A stretch of DNA of 58,477 nucleotides, filler included, from Sphacelaria rigidula (Eukaryota): assembly GCA_964200075.2 (NCBI GenBank). It is 7 parts of 7 records of this genome, joined end to end, with 100 filler letters (N's around TTAATTAATTAA, not from the genome) between each part and the next. Parts side by side here need not be neighbours in the genome. Positions count along the whole stretch, not along the records: positions 16,739 to 25,007 come from CAXNAA020011717.1; positions 25,108 to 33,375 come from CAXNAA020011718.1; positions 33,476 to 41,743 come from CAXNAA020011719.1; 4 more parts are not named here. One strand, given 5' to 3'. Shown here piece by piece: positions 23,869 to 34,687 of this stretch. A model generated the notes under the pieces. That model saw only the letters and a list, made by a program, of their open reading frames with translations. It was not told the DNA's origin and ran no database searches. Both the position numbers and the translations under genes were made by a program. How positions within the stretch are numbered: the stretch's first letter is position 1; each line of letters starts with the position of its first letter.

Positions 23869-25007
23869 AGTACAAACAAAGAAAAAAAATGAAAAATGAA
23901 GTGAAACAAAAGAGGAGATGGAAAAAGGGAACAGATCGGGCTGCCCAACGGGGTAAGAGTGACCAAACGCAAGGGCGGTCCAATATCAAGTACAGTAGTC
24001 TTGGGTTAGCCCGATAGTTTCCCAACTGCGAGAACGCGGTCTTGTCTCGCAGTTTTGTTTGTATTAGTTTTCCGTTTTTTCTACATCCCAATTAATCCAA
24101 AATACTTGAGTCAAAAGCAAATGGGTGTATTCTGCAAGAATACGAGGTTTGTGTGGGCGGGTGACGAATTGTAAGGGATGTACTTTGGCGTATGCCGAAC
24201 TTGAAATGAAATATATGGGTTCGTGTAGCCAAGGCGCCACCGTCGCAGAGTGTTCTTCAAGGGAGCGAGACAGGTCTGGTGCAAGACCATCAAAGAAGCA
24301 GACAGTATCACTCGAGACCAGTTGACCAGACAGCGACACGCCAGCAGTCTCAGTATTCCGGTAGTCCCTAGCACTTGATCGATTTTTCATGCCCACGACC
24401 CTATCGCTCACGGGAGGGAGGGAGGGAGGGAGGGAGGCACCAGGCTTCAGATTACATGGATGAAGTGATGGGGGGGGGGGGGGGGGACCAAACGCAAGGG
24501 CGGGCCAACATCAAGTACAGTAGTCTCGGGTTAGCCCGATAGTTCCCCAACTGCGAGAACGTTTTTGTCTCGCAGTTCTGTTTGTAATAGTTTTCCGTCT
24601 TTGCTACATCCCGAATAATCCATGATACTTGAGCCAGAAGAAAACACTTTTTCCCATCTTAGAGTCAGAGTGGAAGGAAAAATAGTCGGTGACGGTGCAC
24701 TTTCCGCTATGAAGTATTATTGAGAGCGATTATTTCAGAGTGAGGGCATATCTTAGCACACTAGTTTTTTATACAAATTGTGCGGTGGAAAATCAAAAGG
24801 ACAATGGCCTAGAAAAGGTATACCATCTCGTTTTTTGCCTAAAAAAGGTACAGAAAAAAGCCAGAAACGCGAAAACTGCAAAACGCGCCATTTTGACCGT
24901 TTTCGCTCCTAATTTTTCACGCACATCATTCGGAGGGGGGCGTATTCATTTGTTGCTTGCCTTAGTCGTGTGACCATTGATCACGCATCCCTTTAGAGAC
25001 AGATCAC

Positions 25008-25107
25008 NNNNNNNNNNNNNNNNNNNNNNNNNNNNNNNNNNNNNNNNNNNNTTAATTAATTAANNNNNNNNNNNNNNNNNNNNNNNNNNNNNNNNNNNNN
25101 NNNNNNN
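25008..25107. other. Artificial contig spacer
   Basis: N44-TTAATTAATTAA-N44. Confidence 0.99.
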
Positions 25108-25203
25108 TCATTGGGCACCATCGCTGAAAGTGTAGGGAAAGCACTTTTTTAGGCATGAACCTCATCTCGGAGTTAATCCTCAATTCGCACAATTTGTTGT
25201 TCA

Positions 25204-25932
25204 ATGGTGAGGGAGAGTGACAGCTCCACGTATCGAGATTGCAGGGGCACGAAGCTGCAGCACGACAGGTATACAGGACCTTGGATGGTGAAAAAGGTAC
25301 TGGTGGTCGAACACAGTCTCGAGATAGTGATGCAAGGACGAAAACTACGTACTCTCACTGTAGCCCCGTCTGATGTCAAACCGTACCATGTACGGTCGCC
25401 GCACTTGAGACACTCCATTGCCGACGAGTTCGCCCAGTTTGCATGGGGGTCGGACTTCAAGATATCGTCTTCGCCTAACTCCACACCCCGCCTCCTTACC
25501 CTAGCGAACCGCCGCGAGTGCAAATCAGGGAAAGGAAGTGCACGTTGGGAGTACCAAGGAAGGACTCAGGAGGGGGCGACGTCAGAGTGGCTTCCAGAGA
25601 GCAAAGCCCTGGAAAGCTTCACACCTCTGCAACTGGATGGGTTTCACGCACTCTGGTGCCTTTACCACCCGGCCAAGACACCAAGTACGCCGTCTCGCCC
25701 GAGCATCCGCCATGCCCCCCTGTCATGCAGTGATGTCCTGAACTTGCTCCCCATAGATTTCACCTTCTGGAAGAATTTCGGTGGGGTCAAGCAGAAGGGA
25801 CAAGTGTTCGACTACGGGAAGCGTTTCTGGAGAGTGCGATACGACAACGGGGACTGGGAGGAGTTGTCACGGAGAGAATTCCAACGGCTAGCGCAGTCGA
25901 GCGAGACGGCAACACCGCCAGTCAAGAACTAG
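25204..25932 (+). CDS. C-terminal tail of a Ty3/Gypsy Pol (integrase GPY/F region, chromo-like and Tudor-like modules), 5' truncated
   Basis: KLQHDRYTGPWMV...VKPYH (GPY/F motif); WEYQGR...SEWLPE; FWKNFGG...GQVFDY...WRVRYDNGDWEEL; lies upstream of a PPT and LTR. Confidence 0.75.
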   Translation: MVRESDSSTYRDCRGTKLQHDRYTGPWMVKKVLVVEHSLEIVMQGRKLRTLTVAPSDVKPYHVRSPHLRHSIADEFAQFAWGSDFKISSSPNSTPRLLTLANRRECKSGKGSARWEYQGRTQEGATSEWLPESKALESFTPLQLDGFHALWCLYHPAKTPSTPSRPSIRHAPLSCSDVLNLLPIDFTFWKNFGGVKQKGQVFDYGKRFWRVRYDNGDWEELSRREFQRLAQSSETATPPVKN

Positions 25933-27086
25933 GAAGCGGCAAAATTGAAAAAAAAAAGAAAAAAGAAGAGAAGGGCACCAGAGGGACAAAGTGTAAAGTA
26001 TGAACCCTCTAACACGGTACCTTAAGCGTGTGCAGTCTGCATCCTTTTTATTTATTTACATATATAGTTTTGGGAAGCAGGTACGAGTCGTTTCTTGAGT
26101 ATCCTTTTTTTTCTCTTCCTTTCTTCGCTCCCTCCCCTTCCTTTTTTATATGGATATAAACTTCTGACGGATGGATCTTGTTGGATTCGCCGTTTTTTCG
26201 TCTTCCCTGGGTTCCATAGCCTTTTTTCCTTGTTTTCTACAGCCCTTTTTTGTCCTATAATGACTATACGGCTCCTCTGTTTCTTCACAGCTTGTTTTTC
26301 TCGTCCTGAATGAATGCGGAGTTGTGGTGCCCTTTTCCTCGCTGTGTACTTTTGCTTTTATATATATCTTTTTTCTCTATTTTCCTTTTTTTTCCCCTCT
26401 GTGGTCAGTCCTAGTTCCGATTCATGTTTTTTCTTTTTTGTCTCCGTGAATGCGGATCCGACTTCAGGGTGCCCCACCCTTTTCGAGTAGACAAAATTTA
26501 TGTCGTAGAATTAGCATTGTGCAAGAAGGGTGGGCACCGAGCACCGTCCTGGACACTGTATCATGACAGAACCCTTGATCAAGATGCAAGAGCCCCCGGT
26601 GTCCAGTACGTCAGCCGTTGCTGGTCGACGGAAGAAGAGCCTACGCACTTGCATCCGCCAGAAAACGTATTGTTTTTTTCTAGTGGGTCAACGTTTTGCG
26701 AGTCTCACACTACCCAGGATTGGTGTAATCAATCAGGGGTGTCTAAGCGCCGTTACCACCTTACCTGAAAATAGTTTTTGACTAGTCTCAGTGGTTTCTG
26801 TTCCCAGTGAAACTGGGATCCCGGGACGACATAGCACATGCAAAAGCACTCGCTATGATCCGAAAGGGCGTGAGAGATTATCTTCCCAAGCGATGAGGTT
26901 TTCTCCCCTGAAAACCAGGTTTGACCTATCTTTTGATTTCATGACGAGTTTTTTCCGTGGTCATCGCTAGCCCTGAAATTCCGCGGTTTTCTCGTCGATA
27001 TAAGGCTGATGGCATGTATTTGAGTGGATTTTCCCCGGTATGAAATAAGCCGTGATACTCTCTACTTTGCATTGTGCAGCGCGCAC

Positions 27087-27103
27087 AAAGCAAGAAAGGG
27101 GAA
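27087..27103 (+). other. Polypurine tract
   Basis: AAAGCAAGAAAGGGGAA immediately before TGTTACGG. Confidence 0.7.
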
Positions 27104-27530
27104 TGTTACGGCGGATATCAGTCGCTTATATAGAAGGCGTTCTCGATGTGTGTGATATGGGTGATGGGTCGTATTCCAGCGTTACTTTAGTCGGGCTGTA
27201 TTCCAGTCAGGTCTTGCAGTACGGTATCACCCCCCGCCCCGTCAATCGTTTCTAGCTACCTCGCAAGCCTAATAACAAAGCTATCAGCCACCACCTGGAG
27301 ACATCTCGCTTGCAAACAAGTCAAGAGCACTCTTCTGCACGTGAAAGTGAGTTCCTGCTTGGCCTTACGATGCAGTGGTGGTTGGACTCAAAGGTCTGTT
27401 GGTCACGAGTTCGAGGGTCGCTCCTCTACTGCGATCGTTCGTTGCGGCCAGCCGCTGGCTTCGTGTCACCCCTGGCCTGGTATGTTCCTTGAGAGTGACA
27501 CCAGTATCACCTCATGACCAGACCATTACA
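27104..27530 (+). repeat. Single 427-bp LTR
   Basis: TGTTACGG...CCATTACA termini (imperfect inverted repeat), PPT directly 5' and PBS directly 3'. No second copy in the window. Confidence 0.75.
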
Positions 27531-27561
27531 TGGTGTCCGATCCGAAAATCGAACTCGGGTT
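27531..27561 (+). other. tRNA primer-binding site
   Basis: TGGTGTCCGATCCGAAAATCGAACTCGGGTT is complementary to a tRNA 3' end from CCA through the TTCGA loop; isotype not determined. Confidence 0.75.
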
Positions 27562-28148
27562 TCCATAGCTACTGTAGTGTTCCGTCGCGTTTGATTCCTT
27601 CCTTCACAGTGACCCATGTTTTATTTTGTTTCTACTTCCATATTTTGGGGTGGGTGGGTTGGGAATGATTTCATGTATCTCATTCGGATTTGCACAACGA
27701 CCCTTATTCATTTAGTTGATGGGATATTTGATTCGTTACGCCATGCTAGATTTTCCCGTTTTTTTCCCGTTACTGTTACAGCAGTGTCTCCTATCCCTGT
27801 GTGCCTCGTTTCGCTACAGCACTTTTGAAAGCAGCAACTTCCGTGTGGCACATAAAACATCAGACGATTCCACACTAATACTACGTTTCGTCGTCCGCCC
27901 CTGCCGCTTTTGCTGTTCGAGTTTGCTTGCCCCGAACGCACCTGCGCAATGCCCCGACACATATCATGGTCGTCGGTGTCGCACCATACCATGTCGATGA
28001 CAGGGGACTTCCTCCCCCATCGCAATTTCGCATGTGCGGGCACCCACGTGTCTCTTATAACCATTCTTATTATATTTTTCCTCACTACCTATTCATATTT
28101 TACTGCCTCCGCCCGTTATCGCATGCCGCTCTTCGACGATTGATAAAG

Positions 28149-30399
28149 ATGTCTGCTCCCAACAACCACTACGACAACTACGGTAGAAGCGCCAATGCCG
28201 CCTCTGCAAACAATCTACGGGGCAGCGACTCCCGCCGCCCATCAGCGGGTCGAGCAGGTGATCTAGGGGCTGCTGCGCCCCATCACCCCTATCACCTACG
28301 CAGCGGCGTGCTCTCCGACATCGAGGGGAGTGGCAGTAGCGGTGGCGCTGCCGGGGATCTCGACCCCCGGGCGCCCCCCCCTAGCACCGTGCACCACAAA
28401 AGCCACGAGGATCTCGACCGTCGCTCCCCATCGAGGCACCACAGGCAGGACAACCGAGACATCAGGCTCTCGACCTCCCGCTCTCGGAGCCGCCACCGCT
28501 CTCGTTCCTGATCACGGACAGAGCGCCCTTCTCGCTCTCGCCCCCGCCGCCACCGCTCCCGCTCCCGCTCTTGCTCTTGCTCTTGCTCTCGCTCTTGCCG
28601 CCGCCGCTACCGCCGAAAATTTCGCTTGCCCTCCCGCAGCAGGCGTCAACACCGTGCCATGAGGTGGGGGTCCTGGGAACGTCGCCACCACCGGGAGGAG
28701 CACAGGGCGTACCGGCAGCAGGCGGATACCGGGTGGATAAGACGCTAGAGTTGTGAAGCACCAGGAGCAGCAGCTGGAGCTGCGGTTCAACGTCTGGAAT
28801 CTAACCAGCTAGCGAAGGGGAGCGAACGGGTACGTAGGCGTATTTCGCGCGGTCGACCATGCCCAGTGTACGTAGGACCAAGTGCGGGGGAACTATCGTT
28901 TGTTAACAGCGCTGTCGTGCTGCAACACCAGATATGGTCGACGCTGCGTGCAATGGACCAGGGGATCTTGAAAGTGTCGGAGGATGAATACGTCAACGAT
29001 AAGTGGATAACACAGAGAGATCAGTACTCCGCCCGCCGGTGCGAACTCCTAATTCAGCTGCTGGCAGAAACTAGTGTTACGTTCACGTCCCTAATCGCAG
29101 CGGATCGAGTAGACGTTTATCGTATCACGGGCGAAACCGATACCGTCCCACATGAATCCGTGACTATTGCCGACTGGCTACGGATCCTCGTCCGTGAGGA
29201 AGTAATGACGAACGGCGCCACTAAGTTCATACACGCTGCACTCGACTCCATCACCTTAGGACCCAACGAGTCGTGGAGTGCGGTAACGAAACGGGTGTTG
29301 CTAGCATTTCACGCGAGTTTAGCAAACCCGGACCGACCATACAGTATCGAAGCCGCGTATTTCTGGCGATTCATCTCCACCCGGCAGCTAAGCGAGCTTT
29401 ACGATCGTACTATCCGAGTCGTTTTACCTAACCCGGTTGATAGGCTAGGTCTAGTGTCGATCCTCCATGAAAAGACACGCGCAATCTGGGCCAGACTGCA
29501 GCCTCTGAGGAGCGAGTGGCATCATCCAATGGGGTAAGCAATGCAACGAAGGGAAGATGTGGCCAAGAGTCTTTAGCAGAACTTCATACGTATCGTGTGC
29601 GCCCATAACGTGGCATATACAGCGACGACAGTCACGCCCGCCCCCAAACGCGTACTAGCAACCGCGGCGCGGGACCTGACAGGTTATTTTCACTTGAGAA
29701 AGGAACTTGCTACAGTCGCCCCCGGAGGGCGCCGCAATGCTCCAGGAAGCTATCCCGGGGTCACTTCCCTCCTCCGAAGTGCCGCCCGCCCTGTCAGCCC
29801 CTGCTGCGTCCTCTAGACCCCACGCGTAAGCCGGCCACCACTCGGCAGCACCTTCCGTCGCGGCGTTCAACAACCACCTGGCGGCCTCACCGGGCATATA
29901 CGACGTGCCCTTCATGCAGCAAGCCTCGACGCCCATCAACCCCGGTCCTCGCGCCACGACTCCGGGCCATGCCACCGCACCCCGCGCGGGAGATTTGTAG
30001 CACAAACCCCCGGCACCGCCGTCTGGGAGCGCTTCGCCGTCACCGATACCCGTCGCATCCGCTCAGCCAGTTGGTCCGGCCTCGACTCCCGAGCCATCCA
30101 TACCGTTAATTGCGGCGGGACGCGACGCAGTGGTCACCTTCGTACGTGATCGTAAAATCTGCTTCGGTTACGCATTCTCCGGCTCGTGCCGTCACCGGGG
30201 CAACACTCCTTGTCCTTGGACGCACGGTATCATCCCGGTCGCACACTACAGTGGCCTACCGGCCCGCCGCAAGACGGCCATTCCCCAACGCCGGCTGGCC
30301 GCGCTCACGGAGGCACAATACTTGGCAGCAATCGACCTGGGTCTCATCGGCGAAGACCACGACGACGACGTCGAGGATATGCTGAGCGCATCCGGGTGA
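28149..30399 (+). pseudogene. Gag-position ORF of the Ty3/Gypsy element: RS-rich N-terminus, helical core, CCCH zinc finger; disrupted
   Basis: Lies between PBS and protease; ORFs 28149-28511, 28866-29537 and 29595-29816 share a frame; CFGYAFSGSCRHRGNTPCPWTH at 30160-30225. Confidence 0.7.
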
Positions 30400-30737
30400 G
30401 GCCGCCGCTAGCGACACTCGATCCGACGCGTGGAGACGCGCCCCAGGTTCAATTGATCTGGGGAGCCTTCGCCGACCCAGCGCCACCACAATATCCCAGC
30501 ATCGCGGAAGGCAGCTTTGGAGGACGGTCAAGATCTGGCTCCGACGGCGTCTCCGTCGGCCGTGGCCGACAGAAGTCTTGTTGGATATGGGATTGGGAGT
30601 TGGCAACTACATGTCAGGAGCGTTATGGCGCAGCTTGCGCAAGGCCAACATCTTGGACGATACGCCATACCCTGAGGCGGCAGGTTTTCTCTGTGCGACT
30701 AATCCATCCCAGAGTAAGGTCCCCCCAATGCGCATGA

Positions 30738-31434
30738 AACACGGGATCTTACAAATTCGGGATGGGTATTTTATTGGGATGAAAAACCCGGAGAATTAAT
30801 ATCTTCGTATCTACACCAAATCTTCGAAATACTGTCCCATTTCTTCACCTACTGGACACTGTCTAGAATAGCCCCCCCCCAAAAGTGCATGGTTTTGGGA
30901 GGCAGAATCTTCACGTATATCGAAATGTGAAAAACCGAGAACAACAAGAAGCTGGGAATTCCCACGCTTGGGTTCGTTCTAGGCAATGTCGCCAATATGA
31001 GGCGCTTCATGTAGCCTGAACCCGAACATCAGGCGCTGTATGGTCCTCTTTTTCGTGTCACTTTTGAGCTGGTTTTGAGGGGGGGGGCTATCGTAAAAAG
31101 TGTCACTGATAGCTACTGACAAGTGCTACACGCCATAGAAAATTGAATTCCGATCACCAAAATGTTGAGGTCCTAGGTGAAAAACCAATTTTGGGGAATT
31201 TCGGGTGTCCGAACGGACGCCAGCATGGTTCCGAAATGGGTCTTTCACCTAGGATCCCAACATTTCGGTGATCGAAATCCGAGTTTCTGTGGCGTGTAGT
31301 AGTTGTCAGTAGCTATCAGAAGGTGAAGAAATGGAACAGTATTTCGAAGATTTGGTGTGGATACGAAGATTTTGATTCTCCGGGTTTCTCATCCCCAATA
31401 AAAGATCCATCCCCAATTTGTAAGATCCCTTGTT
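30738..31434. mobile_element. Foldback element (~440 bp without its insert, ~200-bp arms) inserted in the protease
   Basis: AACACGGGATCTTACAAATT...AATTTGTAAGATCCCTTGTT; the arms mirror each other once 30855-31108 is removed. Confidence 0.85.
30855..31104. mobile_element. 250-bp MITE (GACAC...GTGTC TIRs, ACTG TSD) nested in the foldback element
   Basis: ACTG at 30851-30854 and 31105-31108; removing it restores the host palindrome. Confidence 0.9.
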
Positions 31435-32565
31435 ATAATCGGTTCCGTAACTGTGCCCTTGCTTTTAACCTCCGACTCATGGGTCTGTAATGTAACATTA
31501 CGAGTAGTGGAGGGCGTGCCGTGCGGCTTCATTTTAGGTGTAGATTATTTACGGTACAACAACAGTATCCTAGATTTCGCCCAAGGAAAAGGGTCCCGCC
31601 CCTCGCTAGCGGCGCCGTGGATCCCGTTCCTGACGAGCGAAAATCCCACCTACCACATTCAAGACATATTTGTAGCTCTGTACACCACGACGGAAACCAC
31701 CGCCTCCCTAGCGGCGCCCGCTTGCCCGTCCCTTCACAACTACCCCAGCTACCGTGACATAGCTTGGAAAGACGACAGCACCCGAGAGTGAAAGCTGCGC
31801 TTGGTCGGACAAACGATCATGCTCAGCGGCTTCGTCAGCGCTATGGTAGAAACAGCCGCGATCGGTCCTCAACCACAGGATAGGCAGCTTGTGCTTGTAC
31901 TTCCACAGGCAAAGTTTGATCTAGACAAGGGGGCAGAGGTGGGGATCGCGAAGGGAGTATCGTGGTGGCAGCCGGGGTCGCCGGTGTACTGCAAACTTGT
32001 AAATAGAAGTAAGGAGCAGGTAGTGCTGTAGCGTACTGGTACTGTCGCGTGTATGATAGCACTGAACGTACGCGACCCCGCTGGGTTTCACTCACTGTTT
32101 GACCCACATCCGTCTACAACAGACCCCCCCGTGGACCCCCTACCCCGCGCCTCACGTTCAGACAGTAGTTGCTCGGCCCAACCAGACCCCAAGGTCAACG
32201 TGACGGACGCCAACATGGGCCAGCTTGGAGCAGCGGAAAAGGGAGAGCTGGTAGATACGCTGTTGAGCTTTATCGAAGCTGAATTGTTCCCCACAGACCC
32301 CAAGCGGGTTCCCGCTTGTATGAACGGTGAGCTCGAGCTCCCCCTCACTAACGAGTCATGTATGCCATTCGCAGCTAAGCAACGTCGATTTTCCCCGGAG
32401 AAACGTCACATGATCCGCGAAGAGATACACAAGCTTCTTCATCGCGGGATCATTCGACCCTCAACCTCCCCGTGAGCAGCCCAATGCCTATGCGTGAAAA
32501 AAAAGACGGCACCTTGCGCTTGTGCATTGATTGGCGTGAACTCAACAAACTCTTTATGTCGGACA

Positions 32566-32730
32566 GACACTTTCTACGACAGCCCCCCCCAAAACCAGCT
32601 CAAAGTGTCACGAAAAAAATGACCATACAGCGCCTGATGTTCGGGTTCAGGCTGCACGAAGCNNNNNNNNNNGAAGATTTTGCCTCCCAAAACCATGCAC
32701 TTTTTTGGGGGGGCTATCGTAGAAAGTGTC
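32566..32730. mobile_element. Same MITE family, opposite orientation, GACA TSD, inserted in RT (contains a 10-N gap)
   Basis: GACACTTTCTACGA...TCGTAGAAAGTGTC; removing it gives in-frame LNKLFMSDSRDLGDVQSILDGL. Confidence 0.92.
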
Positions 32731-33230
32731 GACAGCAGGGATCTCGGGGATGTGCAATCCATTTTAGACGGCCTCGAAGGTAAGCGCTACTTCACCCAAC
32801 TCGACCTGGCCTCTGGTATTCACCAAATCGAGATCGCGGAGAAATACCGCTTCGAAATGGCGTTCGAGATGCAGGTGGCCTCTTATACGAGTTTACACGA
32901 GCAGGTTTCGGTCAACAGTTCGACCCGCCGCGTTCACCCGTCGGGTAAAAGGTACGGTAGGACAGTTCGATGGGGTGTTCACCTGGCTTGATGATATCCT
33001 TATCGCGACCGCATCCTGGGACGAGCATCTAGCTCTACTCGTGATCGTATTACAACGCTTGTTGGTCGCGGGATCCTCGGTGAACTTCGTCAAGTGCATT
33101 TTTGCATCGGTGTCGCAAGAGGTTCTGAGCATGCTGGTAGATAGCTGTGGCCTTCAACCTGCGCCATCCAAGCTCGCCGCCATCGCCGAAAGGCCCAGAC
33201 CATCCACCGTCGAGAAAACTACGTACTTTC

Positions 33231-33375
33231 GACACTTTCTACGATAGCCCCCCCCCCAAACGTGCATGGTTTTGGGAGGCGAAATCTTCACGTATATCGA
33301 AATGAGAAATGCCGAGCACAACGAGAAGCTGAGAATGCCCCCGCTTGGGTTCGTTCTAGCCATTGTCGCCAATAT
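33231..33375. mobile_element. Third copy of the GACAC MITE, cut by contig end
   Basis: GACACTTTCTACGATAGCCCCC...; body colinear with 30855-31000. Confidence 0.88.
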
Positions 33376-33475
33376 NNNNNNNNNNNNNNNNNNNNNNNNN
33401 NNNNNNNNNNNNNNNNNNNTTAATTAATTAANNNNNNNNNNNNNNNNNNNNNNNNNNNNNNNNNNNNNNNNNNNN
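33376..33475. other. Artificial contig spacer
   Basis: N44-TTAATTAATTAA-N44. Confidence 0.99.
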
Positions 33476-33637
33476 TGCACTGGGTCTGGATACATGTGTG
33501 ACATCAGTCTCTGATATGTCACTGCAAAGGGATATCTCCCACAATAATATATAATAATTAGTTATTAAAATATCGATTGAGGATGGATGGTTGGATGGTT
33601 GGTTGAATTTTATTTTTGGAGAAGGGAAGGACAATAT

Positions 33638-33780
33638 ATGGGCCCAAACGTTTGAGCAGATGGGCACCTTCCCCTTGATGAGGCGATTAATACGATATGC
33701 GGATCACGGCCCAACTCGTTTGTGTCGATGAGATATTGCTTCTAGAGCTTAAATCCGTTTTAAGGCTGACCCAGCTCGTA
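33638..33780 (+). repeat. Copy of the dispersed repeat at 5169-5307
   Basis: Direct sequence match. Confidence 0.75.
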
Positions 33781-33995
33781 GCGTTTCAGCAAATAGCATA
33801 ATTTCCACATTATTAGGAGCATAGTTGAGCATACGTTTTCACTGTAGGGAGGGGAAACGGGTCTAAGTGCTGGCCTGCTCTGATATTTTGGGCGAAAAAC
33901 TCTGCTATCATCGACCGCGGGTCTGGAATACGTGTATGATCTGGAACCAGGTATTCAAACTGCCAGTCTGATTGATTGCAGGTCTGAAAAGCGTT

Positions 33996-34348
33996 CACAC
34001 GCGGCCATTTGGCTACCACCCAAAATTCCCCCGGAGGGATGCGCAGCCCCCCAGAGGCAAAACAAGCCTCCGGAGGCCTTCGATCCCTCTGGAGGAAACC
34101 AAACTCTACCGACCTGGAGGGCCGCGCACCCCTTCGGAGGGATTCGGGGATAGCAAAATGCCTCCGGAGAGATGCGCGGCCCTCCAGAGGCAAAACTAGC
34201 TTCCGGAGGCGTTTTAATTCCTTTAGAGGTAACCAAAGGATATTCTCTGGAGGACCGCGCACCCCTCCGGAGGCATTTCATTCCTCTGGAGGCTCGAAAA
34301 GTTGACCGACCTGGAGGAATTTTGGGGGTAGCCAAATGGCCGCGTGTG
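33996..34348. mobile_element. CAC-terminal MITE, same family as 136-455, inverted
   Basis: Perfect 21-bp TIR CACACGCGGCCATTTGGCTAC; TT on both flanks. Confidence 0.85.
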
Positions 34349-34607
34349 TTTTCATGAAAGCACCCGACACAAAACATGAACACGTACAACGTACTCTACA
34401 GTCTGTAGTAGGTAGTACAAAGCGCACGGCGCAGAGCACGCAGCACGCAGCACAACAGCACAGCAGTATATCTTGGCTTCCCATCTTTTTTCTTGCGTGT
34501 TTTGGTTTTGTACTCTGGCTACTTAAATCTTCTGGTCTACTCTGGTATTTTCCCCAATTTCTACCACTTTGTGTGTTTCCATTCATGCCTCTTGTTTCCT
34601 GGGTTGT

Positions 34608-34687
34608 ACCCATCTTGCGACCTCGGCTGGATTAGAAGCGGCATCGGTTCATGCAAGATAATCAATCTAATCATCATTCATCAATCG
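34608..34687 (+). repeat. Non-LTR-type 3' tail (CATCTTGYGACCWCGGCTGGATT ... (ATCA)n)
   Basis: Related motif plus tetranucleotide tail also at ~54550-54612 (+), ~55736-55792 (-) and ~56461-56590 (+). Confidence 0.6.

Larger units (their letters stand above)
19456..24640 (+). mobile_element. Ngaro-type retrotransposon with both ends, decayed (A1-ORF1-RT/RH-YR-B1-A2-B2)
   Basis: A1 19456-19724 matches A2 24119-24387; B1 23961-24118 matches B2 24486-24640; internal Q-rich ORF1, RT, RNase H and YR remnants in the expected order. Confidence 0.92.
30560..33230 (+). pseudogene. Ty3/Gypsy pol (aspartic protease and reverse transcriptase) interrupted by MITEs
   Basis: EVLLDMG...FILGVDYL (protease); GIIRPSTSP*, KKDGTLRLCIDWRELN, FTQLDLASG, WLDDILI, VNFVKCIF (RT). 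Confidence 0.92.

Noticed and set aside
25933-27086. env-like or extra ORF between integrase and PPT
   Set aside because: Only short ORFs arising from T-rich low complexity; no recognisable domain.
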